Source: an uncultured Bacilli bacterium
GTDB taxonomy: Bacteria; Bacillota_I; Bacilli_A; RF39; UBA660
Direction of reading: 5' to 3'
Assembly (NCBI GenBank): GCA_944363795.1
Contig: CALVVG010000003.1
Span: forward strand, 1 to 44,990
Length of the DNA: 44,990 bases
In this document: piece by piece, positions 1-9,832 of the stretch
Position numbering within the stretch: position 1 is the stretch's first letter
Layout of the letters: every line of letters starts with the position of its first letter
Program-made: the position numbers and the translations under genes
Notes under the pieces: generated by a model
Databases searched by the model: none
What the model was told of the DNA's origin: nothing
Seen by the model: only the letters and a program-made list of their open reading frames with translations

Positions 1-37
1 ATGATGAACGTATAGTTTACATTTAAAATAAAAAAAA

Positions 38-66
38 TTGATATTTAAAAAAAAATAAGTTATAAT
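38..66 (+). promoter_or_regulatory. sigma70/SigA-type promoter of the pilin-like operon
   Basis: TTGATA (38-43), 17-nt spacer containing an A9 run (47-55), TATAAT (61-66); AGGAGG RBS before ATG 99. Confidence 0.7.
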
Positions 67-98
67 AAAGGTATAGTAAAAGGAGGAATTTATTTAAT

Positions 99-356
99 AT
101 GAAAGAAGCGACTGGTGAATTAAATATGACTGTTGTTACTGTCGTTGCGATAGTTGCTGTAGCAGGATTCTTCTATGCTGTAGTTTGGCCAGGTATTCAA
201 ACTAGTTTGGCAAGAAGTACATGTTCTAATATGTGTCCTGGTGGAAAATTGGATTCAACACAAGGATCTGGCGGAGTTGATACTGATCAAAAGATATGTT
301 ACTGTGCTGAAGGTGATCCAATTCAATATGATGATGCAGCTGATGATTCTGAATAG
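99..356 (+). CDS. Flp/Tad-like small pilin-like protein
   Basis: 85 aa; MKEATGE N-terminus, hydrophobic helix ending VWP, C-terminal part with four Cys; strong RBS; first gene of a tight operon. Confidence 0.6.
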   Translation: MKEATGELNMTVVTVVAIVAVAGFFYAVVWPGIQTSLARSTCSNMCPGGKLDSTQGSGGVDTDQKICYCAEGDPIQYDDAADDSE

Positions 357-373
357 ATAGTTGGTAAAGAATT

Positions 374-652
374 ATGAAAGAGGCTACAGGAGAAATAAAT
401 CTAGCAGTGATTGTTATGATATCAATTGGGGTCTTGATGGCCTTTTTTTTCGGTGTATTATGGCCAATGTTAGATTTTAATTTTACGAGTACAGCACAAT
501 GTAATAAAGCTGTTTGTAATTGTAGTGAAAATTCTAAACAAGGATTATCAGGTTTACATGAAATTGATGGGATAATGTATTGTACATGTTGGGATGATGA
601 AGAAGAAAATAGATCAGACGATAACAGTTTTGATTGTCTTTATAAAGGATAA
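374..652 (+). CDS. Flp/Tad-like small pilin-like protein (paralog of 99..356)
   Basis: 92 aa; identical MKEATGE start, TM helix ending LWP, six Cys. Confidence 0.6.
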   Translation: MKEATGEINLAVIVMISIGVLMAFFFGVLWPMLDFNFTSTAQCNKAVCNCSENSKQGLSGLHEIDGIMYCTCWDDEEENRSDDNSFDCLYKG

Positions 653-662
653 GTGAGTTATA

Positions 663-1163
663 ATGAAAGAATCAATTAGTATTACAACAATTTTTCAGAT
701 TTTTATATTATTTGTATTATTATTTACCGCAATTATGTGCTTAACAATTAATAATTCTAATGCTTTTGGTGTAAAAAATGAAATACTAAATATAATTGAA
801 GCTAATAATGGTATATATGAGGGGGATGATGGTAATTTAAGTGATGCTATAATAGATACTATAAATGAGACCTCTTATCGTACTACGGGAACTTGTCCGG
901 AAAATTATCAAGGCTATCAACGAAATGGTTCTCCTGTTACAAGTGGTCAAGAAGCATCAGTTTGTATTAGAAAAGTTAATGTTACTGATGAACTTGATAA
1001 TTATTTAGAAAGTGAATTAGGAGCTGGTACTGTAGCCACTGAAGATTTTGTTGATGGATCGTATGTCCAAGTAATGGTATTTTATCAATTAGATATTCCA
1101 GTAATAAAACAGATTTATAACTTTAAAACAAAAGGAGAAACTAGAATAATATATAAAAATTAA
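663..1163 (+). CDS. TadE/TadF-like pseudopilin
   Basis: MKES start, single N-terminal TM helix, VKNEILNIIE helix, Cys pair, C-terminal VMVFYQLDIP strand; paralogous to next gene. Confidence 0.5.
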   Translation: MKESISITTIFQIFILFVLLFTAIMCLTINNSNAFGVKNEILNIIEANNGIYEGDDGNLSDAIIDTINETSYRTTGTCPENYQGYQRNGSPVTSGQEASVCIRKVNVTDELDNYLESELGAGTVATEDFVDGSYVQVMVFYQLDIPVIKQIYNFKTKGETRIIYKN

Positions 1164-1177
1164 AAGGAGAATAGAAT

Positions 1178-1657
1178 ATGCGAGAAGTTACAGGATCTAC
1201 TTGGGTATTTCAAATAATGATTTTATTCATTTTAATTTTTGCCTGCTTTTTAGCTCTAGTTTTGAATTATTCTAAAGCTTATCGAGTAAAAAATGAAATG
1301 TTATCTATAATTGAAAAATATGAGGGAATTACCACACAATCTAGTAAAATAATAAATAATTATATGAATGGTCAAAGTTATACTACAAAAGGTCAATGTC
1401 CCCAAGATGAAGATGTAACATGGTATGGTGCAATTGATTTAGAAGGTAATTATGAAGAAGCAATTGCTAATAGTAAATATTATTATTGTTTTTCTCAAGT
1501 TAGTCAACCAAGTGACTCGAAAGATTATCTATATTATGATATTATAGTATTTTATCGATTTAATTTACCTTTTTTGGGAGATATTGCTACATTTAATGTA
1601 CATGGTAGAACAAATTCTTTTGTAGGAAGCAATAATTTAATTGGAGGAACAGAATGA
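1178..1657 (+). CDS. TadE/TadF-like pseudopilin
   Basis: MREVTG start, TM helix, VKNEMLSIIE helix, C-terminal IIVFYRFNLP; aligns by eye with 663..1163. Confidence 0.5.
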   Translation: MREVTGSTWVFQIMILFILIFACFLALVLNYSKAYRVKNEMLSIIEKYEGITTQSSKIINNYMNGQSYTTKGQCPQDEDVTWYGAIDLEGNYEEAIANSKYYYCFSQVSQPSDSKDYLYYDIIVFYRFNLPFLGDIATFNVHGRTNSFVGSNNLIGGTE

Positions 1658-2643
1658 ATGTAATAATTTCTAATAAATATCAAGCTCTTCTTGCTAGTTT
1701 AGATATAGATGTTATTAAAAGTATCAATGGAGAATTTTCCGTTGAGGAATTAATATCGCAATTTTCTAATTTTTATTTTAATAAAATGATTATAGATATT
1801 ACTGCTATAAAAAATTATCAAGATATAAATACAATCCAAAATTTATCGGTTAATTTTGATATGTCTAAGGTAATTCTATTATTAGATGACTCTGAAATTG
1901 TCAATTCACCAATGTATATATCACAATTGATTTCGATGGGTATTTATAACTTTGCAAATGATATTAATGTAGTCAAATATTTAATTAATAATCCTAATTC
2001 CTATAAAGATGTAGCAAATTATCATAACATTAATGGCTATAAAAGACCGGCATTAAATGAAAATGCAGTTGATACAACAAAAGGCAAAATTTCTCAAAAA
2101 ATAATTGGTATTAAAAATGTAACTAATCATGCGGGAGCCACAACTTTAACTTATCTTTTAAAAATTCATTTAGAAAAAGTTTATAAAGTAAAAGCTGTTG
2201 AAATTAATGGTAATGATTTTGGATATTTTAATGATAATTCTTTAGATAGTATATCAAGTATAAATTTTAGTGAATATATTGCCAAAAATTCTAATTGCGA
2301 TGTAATTTTGGTAGATTTAAATGATAGTTCTATTGAAAATTATTGTAGTGATGTAATATATTTAATTGAACCAGGACGTATACAATTAAATAAATTAATT
2401 AGAAAAGATAATTTGATTTTTGAAAAATTAAGAGGCAAAAAAATAGTATTAAATCGTAGTATTTTATCGGATAAAGATGTTACAGAATTTGAAAAAGAAA
2501 GTGGAAGTAAAGTATTTTTCAATTTGCCAAATGTCGATGATAAATTAGATAATCAACCAATAATTAATGTATTTTTATCTAATTTAGGTTTTAGTAGAAT
2601 TGAACCTTCTAGTGGATCAGGGATATTTAGTATATTTAAATAA
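1654..2643 (+). CDS. TadZ/CpaE-like protein (atypical receiver domain + degenerate MinD/ParA P-loop domain)
   Basis: Receiver-like alpha/beta N-terminus; KNVTNHAGATTLT deviant Walker A lacking the catalytic Lys; DVILVDL Walker-B-like; amphipathic GIFSIFK tail; ATGA overlap with upstream gene. Confidence 0.55.
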   Translation: MNVIISNKYQALLASLDIDVIKSINGEFSVEELISQFSNFYFNKMIIDITAIKNYQDINTIQNLSVNFDMSKVILLLDDSEIVNSPMYISQLISMGIYNFANDINVVKYLINNPNSYKDVANYHNINGYKRPALNENAVDTTKGKISQKIIGIKNVTNHAGATTLTYLLKIHLEKVYKVKAVEINGNDFGYFNDNSLDSISSINFSEYIAKNSNCDVILVDLNDSSIENYCSDVIYLIEPGRIQLNKLIRKDNLIFEKLRGKKIVLNRSILSDKDVTEFEKESGSKVFFNLPNVDDKLDNQPIINVFLSNLGFSRIEPSSGSGIFSIFK

Positions 2644-2738
2644 TAATGGATAATTTGTAAAGATAACATCAATAAAGATTGACTTTAATTACTTATTAAT
2701 GTAAAATAAGGGTAGAAAAAGAGAGGAGTGTTTAAATA

Positions 2739-3104
2739 ATGGGGAATGTTGATACTTTTTGTACAGATACTGTAAATATATGGAGAACAGTTGGATATTT
2801 TTTATACATATTTAAAATTGTAATTCCTATAATATTAATAATTTTTGGAATGATAGATTTAGGAAAGGCTGTAATATCAAGTGATGATAAAGCCGTATCA
2901 AAAGCTGCTAAATCATTATTAATGCGTTGTATTGCAGCAGTTTGTATATTCTTTGTACCAACCATTGTATCTTTTGTAATTAAATTAGTAGATACTAGTG
3001 CTGCAGATAATTCAACTGTATGTGCTAATTGTATATCAAGTCCTGGAGGTTCAGGAGAACAAGGATGTAAAACTATATACGATCAAAAATTTGGTGGTGT
3101 ATAA
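2739..3104 (+). CDS. TrbC/VirB2-like two-TM pilin-like membrane protein
   Basis: Two hydrophobic helices separated by DLGKAVISSDDKAVSKAAK loop; own promoter TTGACT(2679-2684)-17 nt-TAAAAT(2702-2707) and GAGGAG RBS. Confidence 0.55.
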   Translation: MGNVDTFCTDTVNIWRTVGYFLYIFKIVIPIILIIFGMIDLGKAVISSDDKAVSKAAKSLLMRCIAAVCIFFVPTIVSFVIKLVDTSAADNSTVCANCISSPGGSGEQGCKTIYDQKFGGV

Positions 3105-3129
3105 AAATAATTTAATATTAATTTTTAAT

Positions 3130-3158
3130 GAGGTAGTAATATAGCTACTTCTTTTTTT
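3130..3158 (+). terminator. intrinsic terminator
   Basis: GAGGTAGT-6 nt-GCTACTTC stem followed by T7. Confidence 0.7.
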
Positions 3159-3468
3159 GTTAAATAAATTTTGAATAAATAATATTTAGTTTTTATTTAT
3201 TATTATAAAATTGCGAAGCAAATTCAGAGAAAAAAAATAATCTCTGTTAATTTGTCCAATGAATTAAAAATAATTGTGATAAATCCAAAATGTGTTGGAG
3301 GTTCTTTACTTGATTTTCTAGACTCACAACTTAATATAAAGCTTTAAATTAGTTCTTAATTTTTCTGATATTATAATATTTATCAGATACTATTAATCAA
3401 AAACATCCTAATATTTCTGATTATATACTTACCGCAATTAAAACATAAAATAATTTTCTCATTACATT

Positions 3469-3495
3469 AAAAAAAGGAAAACCTTTTGGTTTTCT
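3469..3495 (-). terminator. intrinsic terminator of 3495..5006
   Basis: GAAAACC-TTTT-GGTTTTC hairpin with an A run on its left (U tract on - strand). Confidence 0.6.
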
Positions 3496-5006
3496 CATCT
3501 ATATTCGTATTCTCCAGTATAATCCCAGCCACTTAAATTTTTATTGGTGCTCCATTTATATGTAGCTGTCTTATGATACCAAATTGTTTCTGTATCTTTA
3601 TTAGTTTTGTAATAACCTTTATAATCATTTCTGTTATCATATGTATCTCTAGTACAATCATTTTCATCAACATAGCTAACAGTAAATTTAAGAGGTACAA
3701 AGTATATATAGCTATTAATATTACTTGCATAATAACGATTAACCCCATTATTATTTCGATAATTAATAGTAACTAATGTTTTATATGAATTACCCTCTTT
3801 ATATAAATTACTAATAGCGTAATTAAAGTTATTTTCTGTTAAAGATGAACTTCTAAAAGTTGAAGCATTAGATATTTTAATATTATGGGTGCTAACATTT
3901 CCGGTCATATATAAGTCATTAGTTTGATTAATATATTTTTGATAATCAGTTGTTGAACTAGAAAAATAAGAACGATCTGTTATTTGTATTTCATTGTCTA
4001 CTATATCTCTGGCATCTATGTTTTGTAATGTTAGTTCATAATTATAGTTTTGTGAATTTCTTGAAGCACTTACCCAGCTAGTTGTGTAATAGGTTTTATC
4101 AGTGTATTTACAATAATCATAAGTGGTAACAGTTTCTTTTTTATTTTCGGTATTGCTTTTTGTTGAATATCCTTCTTCCCAATCTGACCATTTAACTAAT
4201 TTATAATATTTTGTTTTTTCTTCTGTTGGCTTTTCATCTGGAGTATTATCATCTGGATTTGCTGGTGTCGAAGGTTTATCTGGCTCTGTTGGTTTACTAG
4301 GTTCAGTAGGTTTACTAGGTGAACATCCTAATGCAGAACAAGTAATTTTAATACTAACTGTAGTTTTTACGGTAGTTGTTACTTTACTACTAGTACTTGC
4401 GCTGGAGCTAGAACCACTTGTTGTAGTTGTATTATTATTACTGCTACCATTATTTGCATTGTTATTGCTAGAGTTATTATTACTACTATTATTAGTGTTT
4501 TCTGTTGTATCATCATTTATTACAACGTCAGTATTTGGTTTTTCATTGCAGTTATTTTCTATAGTACAAGATTGTTCTTCAATTGTTGTTATAATAAAAT
4601 CTGATTTATCTCCACAATCTAAGCTAATTTTTAGCGCATAATTATTATCCGCAGTTTTAGTAGCTTGAATATAACTTGAATCAATATCACATATGTCTCC
4701 ATCATTGGTAAAATCAATTAGTAATTTTTGGTTTAGCATTTCTGATAAGGTTAATCTTTCAGTTTCTCCAATGTTTTCAGGCAATTTCGAAGAAGTAAAA
4801 TATTCAAAGGCTGCATCTTTCATTGCGGTTATATTATTAATATACTCAGTATCACCTACAGCTAGTGTAGATTTATTAGCAGATTTATTACCATTTATTT
4901 TAGTAATTATAAAACAAATTATAAAAACAATTACAGCCAATATAGCTAACTTAATAGCCAAAGATCCCCAATTAAAATTTAATTTTCTGTTTCCATCTTC
5001 GTACAT
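3495..5006 (-). CDS. membrane-anchored surface protein with pilin-like N-terminal domain and low-complexity N/S/T/P linker
   Basis: 503 aa; N-terminal TM; MKDAAFEYF...LTLSEMLNQKLL ComG-pilin-like segment; Asn/Ser/Thr-rich tract and PSKPTE tandem repeat; Tyr/Trp-rich C-terminus; AAAGGGGG RBS. Confidence 0.65.
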   Translation of the reverse strand: MYEDGNRKLNFNWGSLAIKLAILAVIVFIICFIITKINGNKSANKSTLAVGDTEYINNITAMKDAAFEYFTSSKLPENIGETERLTLSEMLNQKLLIDFTNDGDICDIDSSYIQATKTADNNYALKISLDCGDKSDFIITTIEEQSCTIENNCNEKPNTDVVINDDTTENTNNSSNNNSSNNNANNGSSNNNTTTTSGSSSSASTSSKVTTTVKTTVSIKITCSALGCSPSKPTEPSKPTEPDKPSTPANPDDNTPDEKPTEEKTKYYKLVKWSDWEEGYSTKSNTENKKETVTTYDYCKYTDKTYYTTSWVSASRNSQNYNYELTLQNIDARDIVDNEIQITDRSYFSSSTTDYQKYINQTNDLYMTGNVSTHNIKISNASTFRSSSLTENNFNYAISNLYKEGNSYKTLVTINYRNNNGVNRYYASNINSYIYFVPLKFTVSYVDENDCTRDTYDNRNDYKGYYKTNKDTETIWYHKTATYKWSTNKNLSGWDYTGEYEYR

Positions 5007-5149
5007 AATGTACCCCCTTTACATAGATATATATTTATATTTATAAATCGCCTATATTTTAACATAATTATATTAATATGTCAAATAGTTAATAGGCTAG
5101 CATATAAATATTTTACGCTAGTATTGTCAAATATATAATTGGGTAGATT

Positions 5150-5163
5150 AGAACTTTAGTTTG
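5150..5163. promoter_or_regulatory. LexA (SOS/Cheo) box upstream of uvrA
   Basis: AGAACTTTAGTTTG fits the Firmicutes GAAC-N4-GTTY consensus and lies ~70 nt upstream of uvrA. Confidence 0.7.
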
Positions 5164-5232
5164 TAATATATTATTAATGTATTTTAATTATAAAATATGA
5201 TAAAATATTTAATGTTTAAGGAGGTTTTTATC

Positions 5233-8040
5233 ATGGCTAATGTAGATAAAATTGTAATTAAAGGAGCAAGAGAAAATAATTTAAAAAATATTGATATAGA
5301 AATCCCCAAAAATAAATTAGTAGTTATGACTGGTGTATCTGGAAGCGGAAAAAGTAGTTTAGCTTTTGATACAATATATGCTGAAGGTCAACGAAGATAT
5401 GTTGAAAGTTTATCAGCTTATGCTAGACAGTTTATTGGTGTAAATGAAAAACCAGACGTAGATTCGATTGATGGCTTAAGTCCTTCAATATCTATAGATC
5501 AAAAGTCAACAAATAAAAATCCACGTTCTACTGTGGGGACCATAACGGAAATATATGATTATTTACGATTATTATTTGCTCGTATAGGAGTACCTTATTG
5601 TCCAAATCATAAAATTCCAATAACAAGTCAAAGCATTGAGGAAATGACTAATAAAGTTATGGAATACATTGGTAAAACAGTGACAATTTTATCTCCAATA
5701 GTTCATGGGGAAAAAGGAACACATAAAGATTTATTTGATGAACTTAGAAAAGAAGGTTATTCTAAAGTACGAGTAAATGATAAAATTGTCAGTTTAAATG
5801 AAGAAATAAATTTAGAAAAAAATAAAAAAGATAATATTGATATTGTAATTGACAAAATTCTTGTAGAGGATTTAGAAAGAGGACGAATCTTTGAAGCTAT
5901 TGAAGCATCCACTAAAAAAGCTGATGGAAAAGTTGTTGTTTTGGTTGATAATGAAGAAATATTAATGAGCGAAAAATATGCATGTGTTAAATGTAATTTT
6001 TCAATGCCAGAATTAGAACCACGAATATTTTCTTTTAATGCTCCATATGGAGCTTGTCCAGAATGTAAAGGTTTAGGAACTAAACTTAAAATTAGTGAAG
6101 ACTTGCTTATTCCTAATTGGGATAAATCTATTTTAGATGGTGGAATAACAGCAATTAGTATGGATTCAACAACTTATTTTACACAAATTGAAACTGTATG
6201 TAAATATTATGATATTGATATGACTATTCCATTAAAAGATATTCCTAGAGAAAAACTTGATTATATTTTGTATGGCACAAAAGAAATAATGGAATTTAAC
6301 TATGTATCTAAAAATGGCAATACCAGAAATACTAAAAATACATATGAAGGTGTAATACCAGCTTTAGAAAGAAGATACATTGAAACAAAAAGTGGTTGGA
6401 TAAGAGACTGGCTTTCTGGTTTTATGGTTGAAACTGAATGCCCAATTTGTAAAGGAAAAAGATTACAAAAATCAGTACTTTCAGTATATATAAATGGAAA
6501 AAATATATATGATATGACCGATATGTCTATTGGAGATTTACTAGAATTTGTTAAAAAGTTAAAATTATCTAAAGAAGAACAAGATATAAGTGGTTTAATT
6601 TTAAAAGAAATTATATCAAGATTAGAATTTTTAAATAATGTAGGTTTATCATATTTAACTTTGACTCGTAGTGCTGGTACTTTATCTGGTGGTGAAGCTC
6701 AAAGAATTAGACTAGCTACTCAAATAGGTTCACATTTGTCTGGTGTATTATATGTGTTAGATGAACCAAGTATAGGGCTTCATCAAAAAGATAATGAAAA
6801 ATTAATTAATTCTTTAAAAGAAATGCGAGATTTAGGAAATTCATTAATAGTAGTAGAACATGATACTGATACTATGTTAGCTGCTGATTATTTGATTGAT
6901 ATAGGTCCAGGAGCTGGTGAATTTGGAGGACAAGTCATGGCTGCAGGTACACCACAAGAAGTTATGAAAAATCCTAATAGTTTAACTGGTAAATATTTAA
7001 GTGGTGTAGAAAAAATTGAAATACCTAAGGAAAGAAGAAAAGGTAATGGTTTAAAGATTAGTATTAAAGGTGCTAAAGAAAATAATTTAAAAAATATTTC
7101 TGTTGATATACCTTTAAATAAATTTGTATGTATAACTGGAGTTTCAGGTTCTGGAAAATCATCTTTAATAAATGAAGTCTTATATAAAACGTTAGCTAAC
7201 CATTTATATCGTACTAAAGTAGTACCTGGAAAATGTAAAGAAATAATTGGTTTAGAAAATATAGATAAAGTTGTTCAAATTACTCAAGATGCAATTGGTA
7301 GAACTCCGAGAAGTAATCCAGCAACTTATGTTGGTGTATTTGATGACATAAGAGATTTATATGCTTCAACTAAAGAAGCTAAGTTGCGAGGTTATGATAA
7401 AAGTAGATTTTCTTTTAATGTCAAAGGAGGAAGATGTGAAAATTGTTGGGGCGATGGTGTAAAAAAAATAGAAATGCATTTTTTGGCAGATGTTTATGTT
7501 CCTTGTGACGTTTGTAAAGGAAAAAGATATAATAAAGAAACATTAGAAATTAAATATAAAGGTAAAAATATTAGCGAAGTCTTGGATATGCGAGTTAGTG
7601 AAGCAATAGAATTTTTTCAAAACGTTCCCAAAATATATAATAAGCTTAAAGTTATGATGGATGTGGGTCTTTCATATATTAAATTAGGACAATCTGCACC
7701 AACATTATCTGGCGGTGAAGCTGGTCGAGTTAAATTAGCTAAAGAGTTACAAAAAAAAGCTACAGGAAAATCATTATTTATTCTAGATGAACCAACTACT
7801 GGATTACACTCAGATGATATAAAAAAATTATTGAAAATATTAAATAGAATTGTCGATAATGGTGATACAGTTATTGTTATAGAACATAATTTGGATGTAA
7901 TAAAAGTTGCTGATTATATTATTGATTTAGGACCGGATGGGGGAAAAGGTGGAGGTAAAGTTGTAGCTACCGGAACCCCAGAAGAAGTCGCAAAGTGTAG
8001 TAAATCATATACTGGTGAATTTTTGAAAAAAATGTTATAA
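5233..8040 (+). CDS. uvrA: excinuclease ABC subunit A
   Basis: Two ABC domains (GVSGSGKSS twice, LSGGE twice), Zn fingers, [10 protein letters not shown]; start placed at ATG 5233 after AAGGAGG RBS (ORF track begins 5197). Confidence 0.98.
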   Translation: MANVDKIVIKGARENNLKNIDIEIPKNKLVVMTGVSGSGKSSLAFDTIYAEGQRRYVESLSAYARQFIGVNEKPDVDSIDGLSPSISIDQKSTNKNPRSTVGTITEIYDYLRLLFARIGVPYCPNHKIPITSQSIEEMTNKVMEYIGKTVTILSPIVHGEKGTHKDLFDELRKEGYSKVRVNDKIVSLNEEINLEKNKKDNIDIVIDKILVEDLERGRIFEAIEASTKKADGKVVVLVDNEEILMSEKYACVKCNFSMPELEPRIFSFNAPYGACPECKGLGTKLKISEDLLIPNWDKSILDGGITAISMDSTTYFTQIETVCKYYDIDMTIPLKDIPREKLDYILYGTKEIMEFNYVSKNGNTRNTKNTYEGVIPALERRYIETKSGWIRDWLSGFMVETECPICKGKRLQKSVLSVYINGKNIYDMTDMSIGDLLEFVKKLKLSKEEQDISGLILKEIISRLEFLNNVGLSYLTLTRSAGTLSGGEAQRIRLATQIGSHLSGVLYVLDEPSIGLHQKDNEKLINSLKEMRDLGNSLIVVEHDTDTMLAADYLIDIGPGAGEFGGQVMAAGTPQEVMKNPNSLTGKYLSGVEKIEIPKERRKGNGLKISIKGAKENNLKNISVDIPLNKFVCITGVSGSGKSSLINEVLYKTLANHLYRTKVVPGKCKEIIGLENIDKVVQITQDAIGRTPRSNPATYVGVFDDIRDLYASTKEAKLRGYDKSRFSFNVKGGRCENCWGDGVKKIEMHFLADVYVPCDVCKGKRYNKETLEIKYKGKNISEVLDMRVSEAIEFFQNVPKIYNKLKVMMDVGLSYIKLGQSAPTLSGGEAGRVKLAKELQKKATGKSLFILDEPTTGLHSDDIKKLLKILNRIVDNGDTVIVIEHNLDVIKVADYIIDLGPDGGKGGGKVVATGTPEEVAKCSKSYTGEFLKKML

Positions 8041-8065
8041 TTTTAATGTAGGGAGGAAAACTTGG

Positions 8066-8875
8066 ATGAATCGATACATATTTACAATAGGAAACATTAA
8101 AATTGAATGGTATTCTATTTTAATTGTTTTGGGTGCTATTATTGCCATTTTAATGATAATAAAAGAAGCAAAACGTTATAATTATCAAGCAGATTTTACG
8201 TTTAATTTATGTTTTTGGACAATAATAGTTGGTATTATTGGTGCCAGAATATATTATGTTTTATTTAATCTGGATTTATATTCTAATTTTTTAGATATTT
8301 TTAAAATATGGGAAGGCGGATTAGCTATTCACGGAGGGATAATATTTGGACTTATAACATGTGTTTTATATTGTAAAAAGTATCAAGTTAGAATTATTCG
8401 CTTTTTGGATTTTATTACACCAGCACTACTACTTGCACAAGCAATTGGACGTTGGGGAAATTTTTTTAATCAAGAAGCCCATGGTGCCGCAACTACGTTA
8501 GGTCATTTACAAGATTTACATATTCCTAATTTTATTATTAAAGGTATGAATATTGGTGGTATTTATTATGAACCAACTTTTCTATATGAATCATTATTAT
8601 GTTTAATTGGTGTAATACTTATATTGATAGTTCGACGCTTAAAGATTACTAAAGTAGGTCAACCAACAGCTATATATTTAATGTGGTATGGATTGATTCG
8701 CTTTTTTATCGAATATATGCGGACCGACTCTTTAATGTTAGGGGGATTCAAAATGGCTCAACTAGTTTCTGTAATAATGATTATAATTGGTGTAATAATA
8801 ATAATGATTACAAGCCGTAAAGGTCGCTATGAGGATTTATATGATCAAGATGAAAATCAAACTGTAAGATTTTAA
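8066..8875 (+). CDS. lgt: prolipoprotein diacylglyceryl transferase
   Basis: GARIYYV, IWEGGLAIHGG, QAIGRWGNFFNQE, PTFLYES motifs. Confidence 0.96.
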   Translation: MNRYIFTIGNIKIEWYSILIVLGAIIAILMIIKEAKRYNYQADFTFNLCFWTIIVGIIGARIYYVLFNLDLYSNFLDIFKIWEGGLAIHGGIIFGLITCVLYCKKYQVRIIRFLDFITPALLLAQAIGRWGNFFNQEAHGAATTLGHLQDLHIPNFIIKGMNIGGIYYEPTFLYESLLCLIGVILILIVRRLKITKVGQPTAIYLMWYGLIRFFIEYMRTDSLMLGGFKMAQLVSVIMIIIGVIIIMITSRKGRYEDLYDQDENQTVRF

Positions 8876-8886
8876 GGAGATGGATT

Positions 8887-9762
8887 ATGTACGATATTAT
8901 TATTGTAGGTATGGGGATTAGTGGTATTACCGCTGCTATTTATGCTAAAAGAAGTAATAAAAATATATTATTAATTGATAAAGGTATGCCTGGGGGATTA
9001 CTTAATAATATAGATTTAATTAGCAATTATCCAGGTTTAAAAGATATAAAAGGCCCAGATTTTGCCGAAAAATTATTAGATCAAATTAAATCGATGAATA
9101 TATCATATGTTTTAGAAGAAGTTGTAAGTTTAGACTTACAAAAAGAAGACAAATTAGTAAAGACAACTAACAATGAATATAAGGCTAAAAAAATAATTTT
9201 AGCGATGGGGAGAAAGCCCAAATTTTTAGGATTGGATAATGAAAAAGATTTATTAGGTAGGGGAATATCTACTTGTGCTATGTGTGATGCCTATTTTTAT
9301 AAAGATAAAGAAATTGCTGTGGTAGGGACAGGTAATAGTGCATTGCAAGAAGCTTTATATTTATCAAATATTGCCAAAAAAATTTATTTAATCAATCGTC
9401 GGGATGGCTTTAGAGGAGAAGAAATGTTAGTTGAGCAAATAAAACATAATCCTAAGATTGATATAATATACAATGCAAATATAAAAAAATATATTGAAAA
9501 AAATCAAAAATTAGAAGCAATTATTTTAGATAATGGAAATTCATTAAATGTTGCAGGTGTATTTATTTATATTGGTTATCGACCAGCAACTGAAATAGTA
9601 GATAAATCAATATTAGATGAAAATGGATATATTATAGTCAATGAAAATCTGGAAACTCCACTAGAAAATGTATATGCGATTGGTGACATAATCAAAAAAG
9701 ATGTTTATCAATTAGTTACAGCCACATCAGATGGAGCTAGAGTTATTTATAATATGCATTAA
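8887..9762 (+). CDS. trxB: thioredoxin-disulfide reductase
   Basis: GxGxxG FAD motif, CAMCD redox centre, GTGNSA NADPH motif, YAIGD. Confidence 0.9.
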   Translation: MYDIIIVGMGISGITAAIYAKRSNKNILLIDKGMPGGLLNNIDLISNYPGLKDIKGPDFAEKLLDQIKSMNISYVLEEVVSLDLQKEDKLVKTTNNEYKAKKIILAMGRKPKFLGLDNEKDLLGRGISTCAMCDAYFYKDKEIAVVGTGNSALQEALYLSNIAKKIYLINRRDGFRGEEMLVEQIKHNPKIDIIYNANIKKYIEKNQKLEAIILDNGNSLNVAGVFIYIGYRPATEIVDKSILDENGYIIVNENLETPLENVYAIGDIIKKDVYQLVTATSDGARVIYNMH

Positions 9763-9785
9763 TCGCTATTTAAGCGATTTTTTTT
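9761..9785 (+). terminator. intrinsic terminator
   Basis: AATCGCT-5 nt-AGCGATT followed by T run. Confidence 0.75.
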
Positions 9786-9832
9786 GACTTGAATACCAAT
9801 TCATGCTAGTATACTAGCTATGGTGATAAAAA

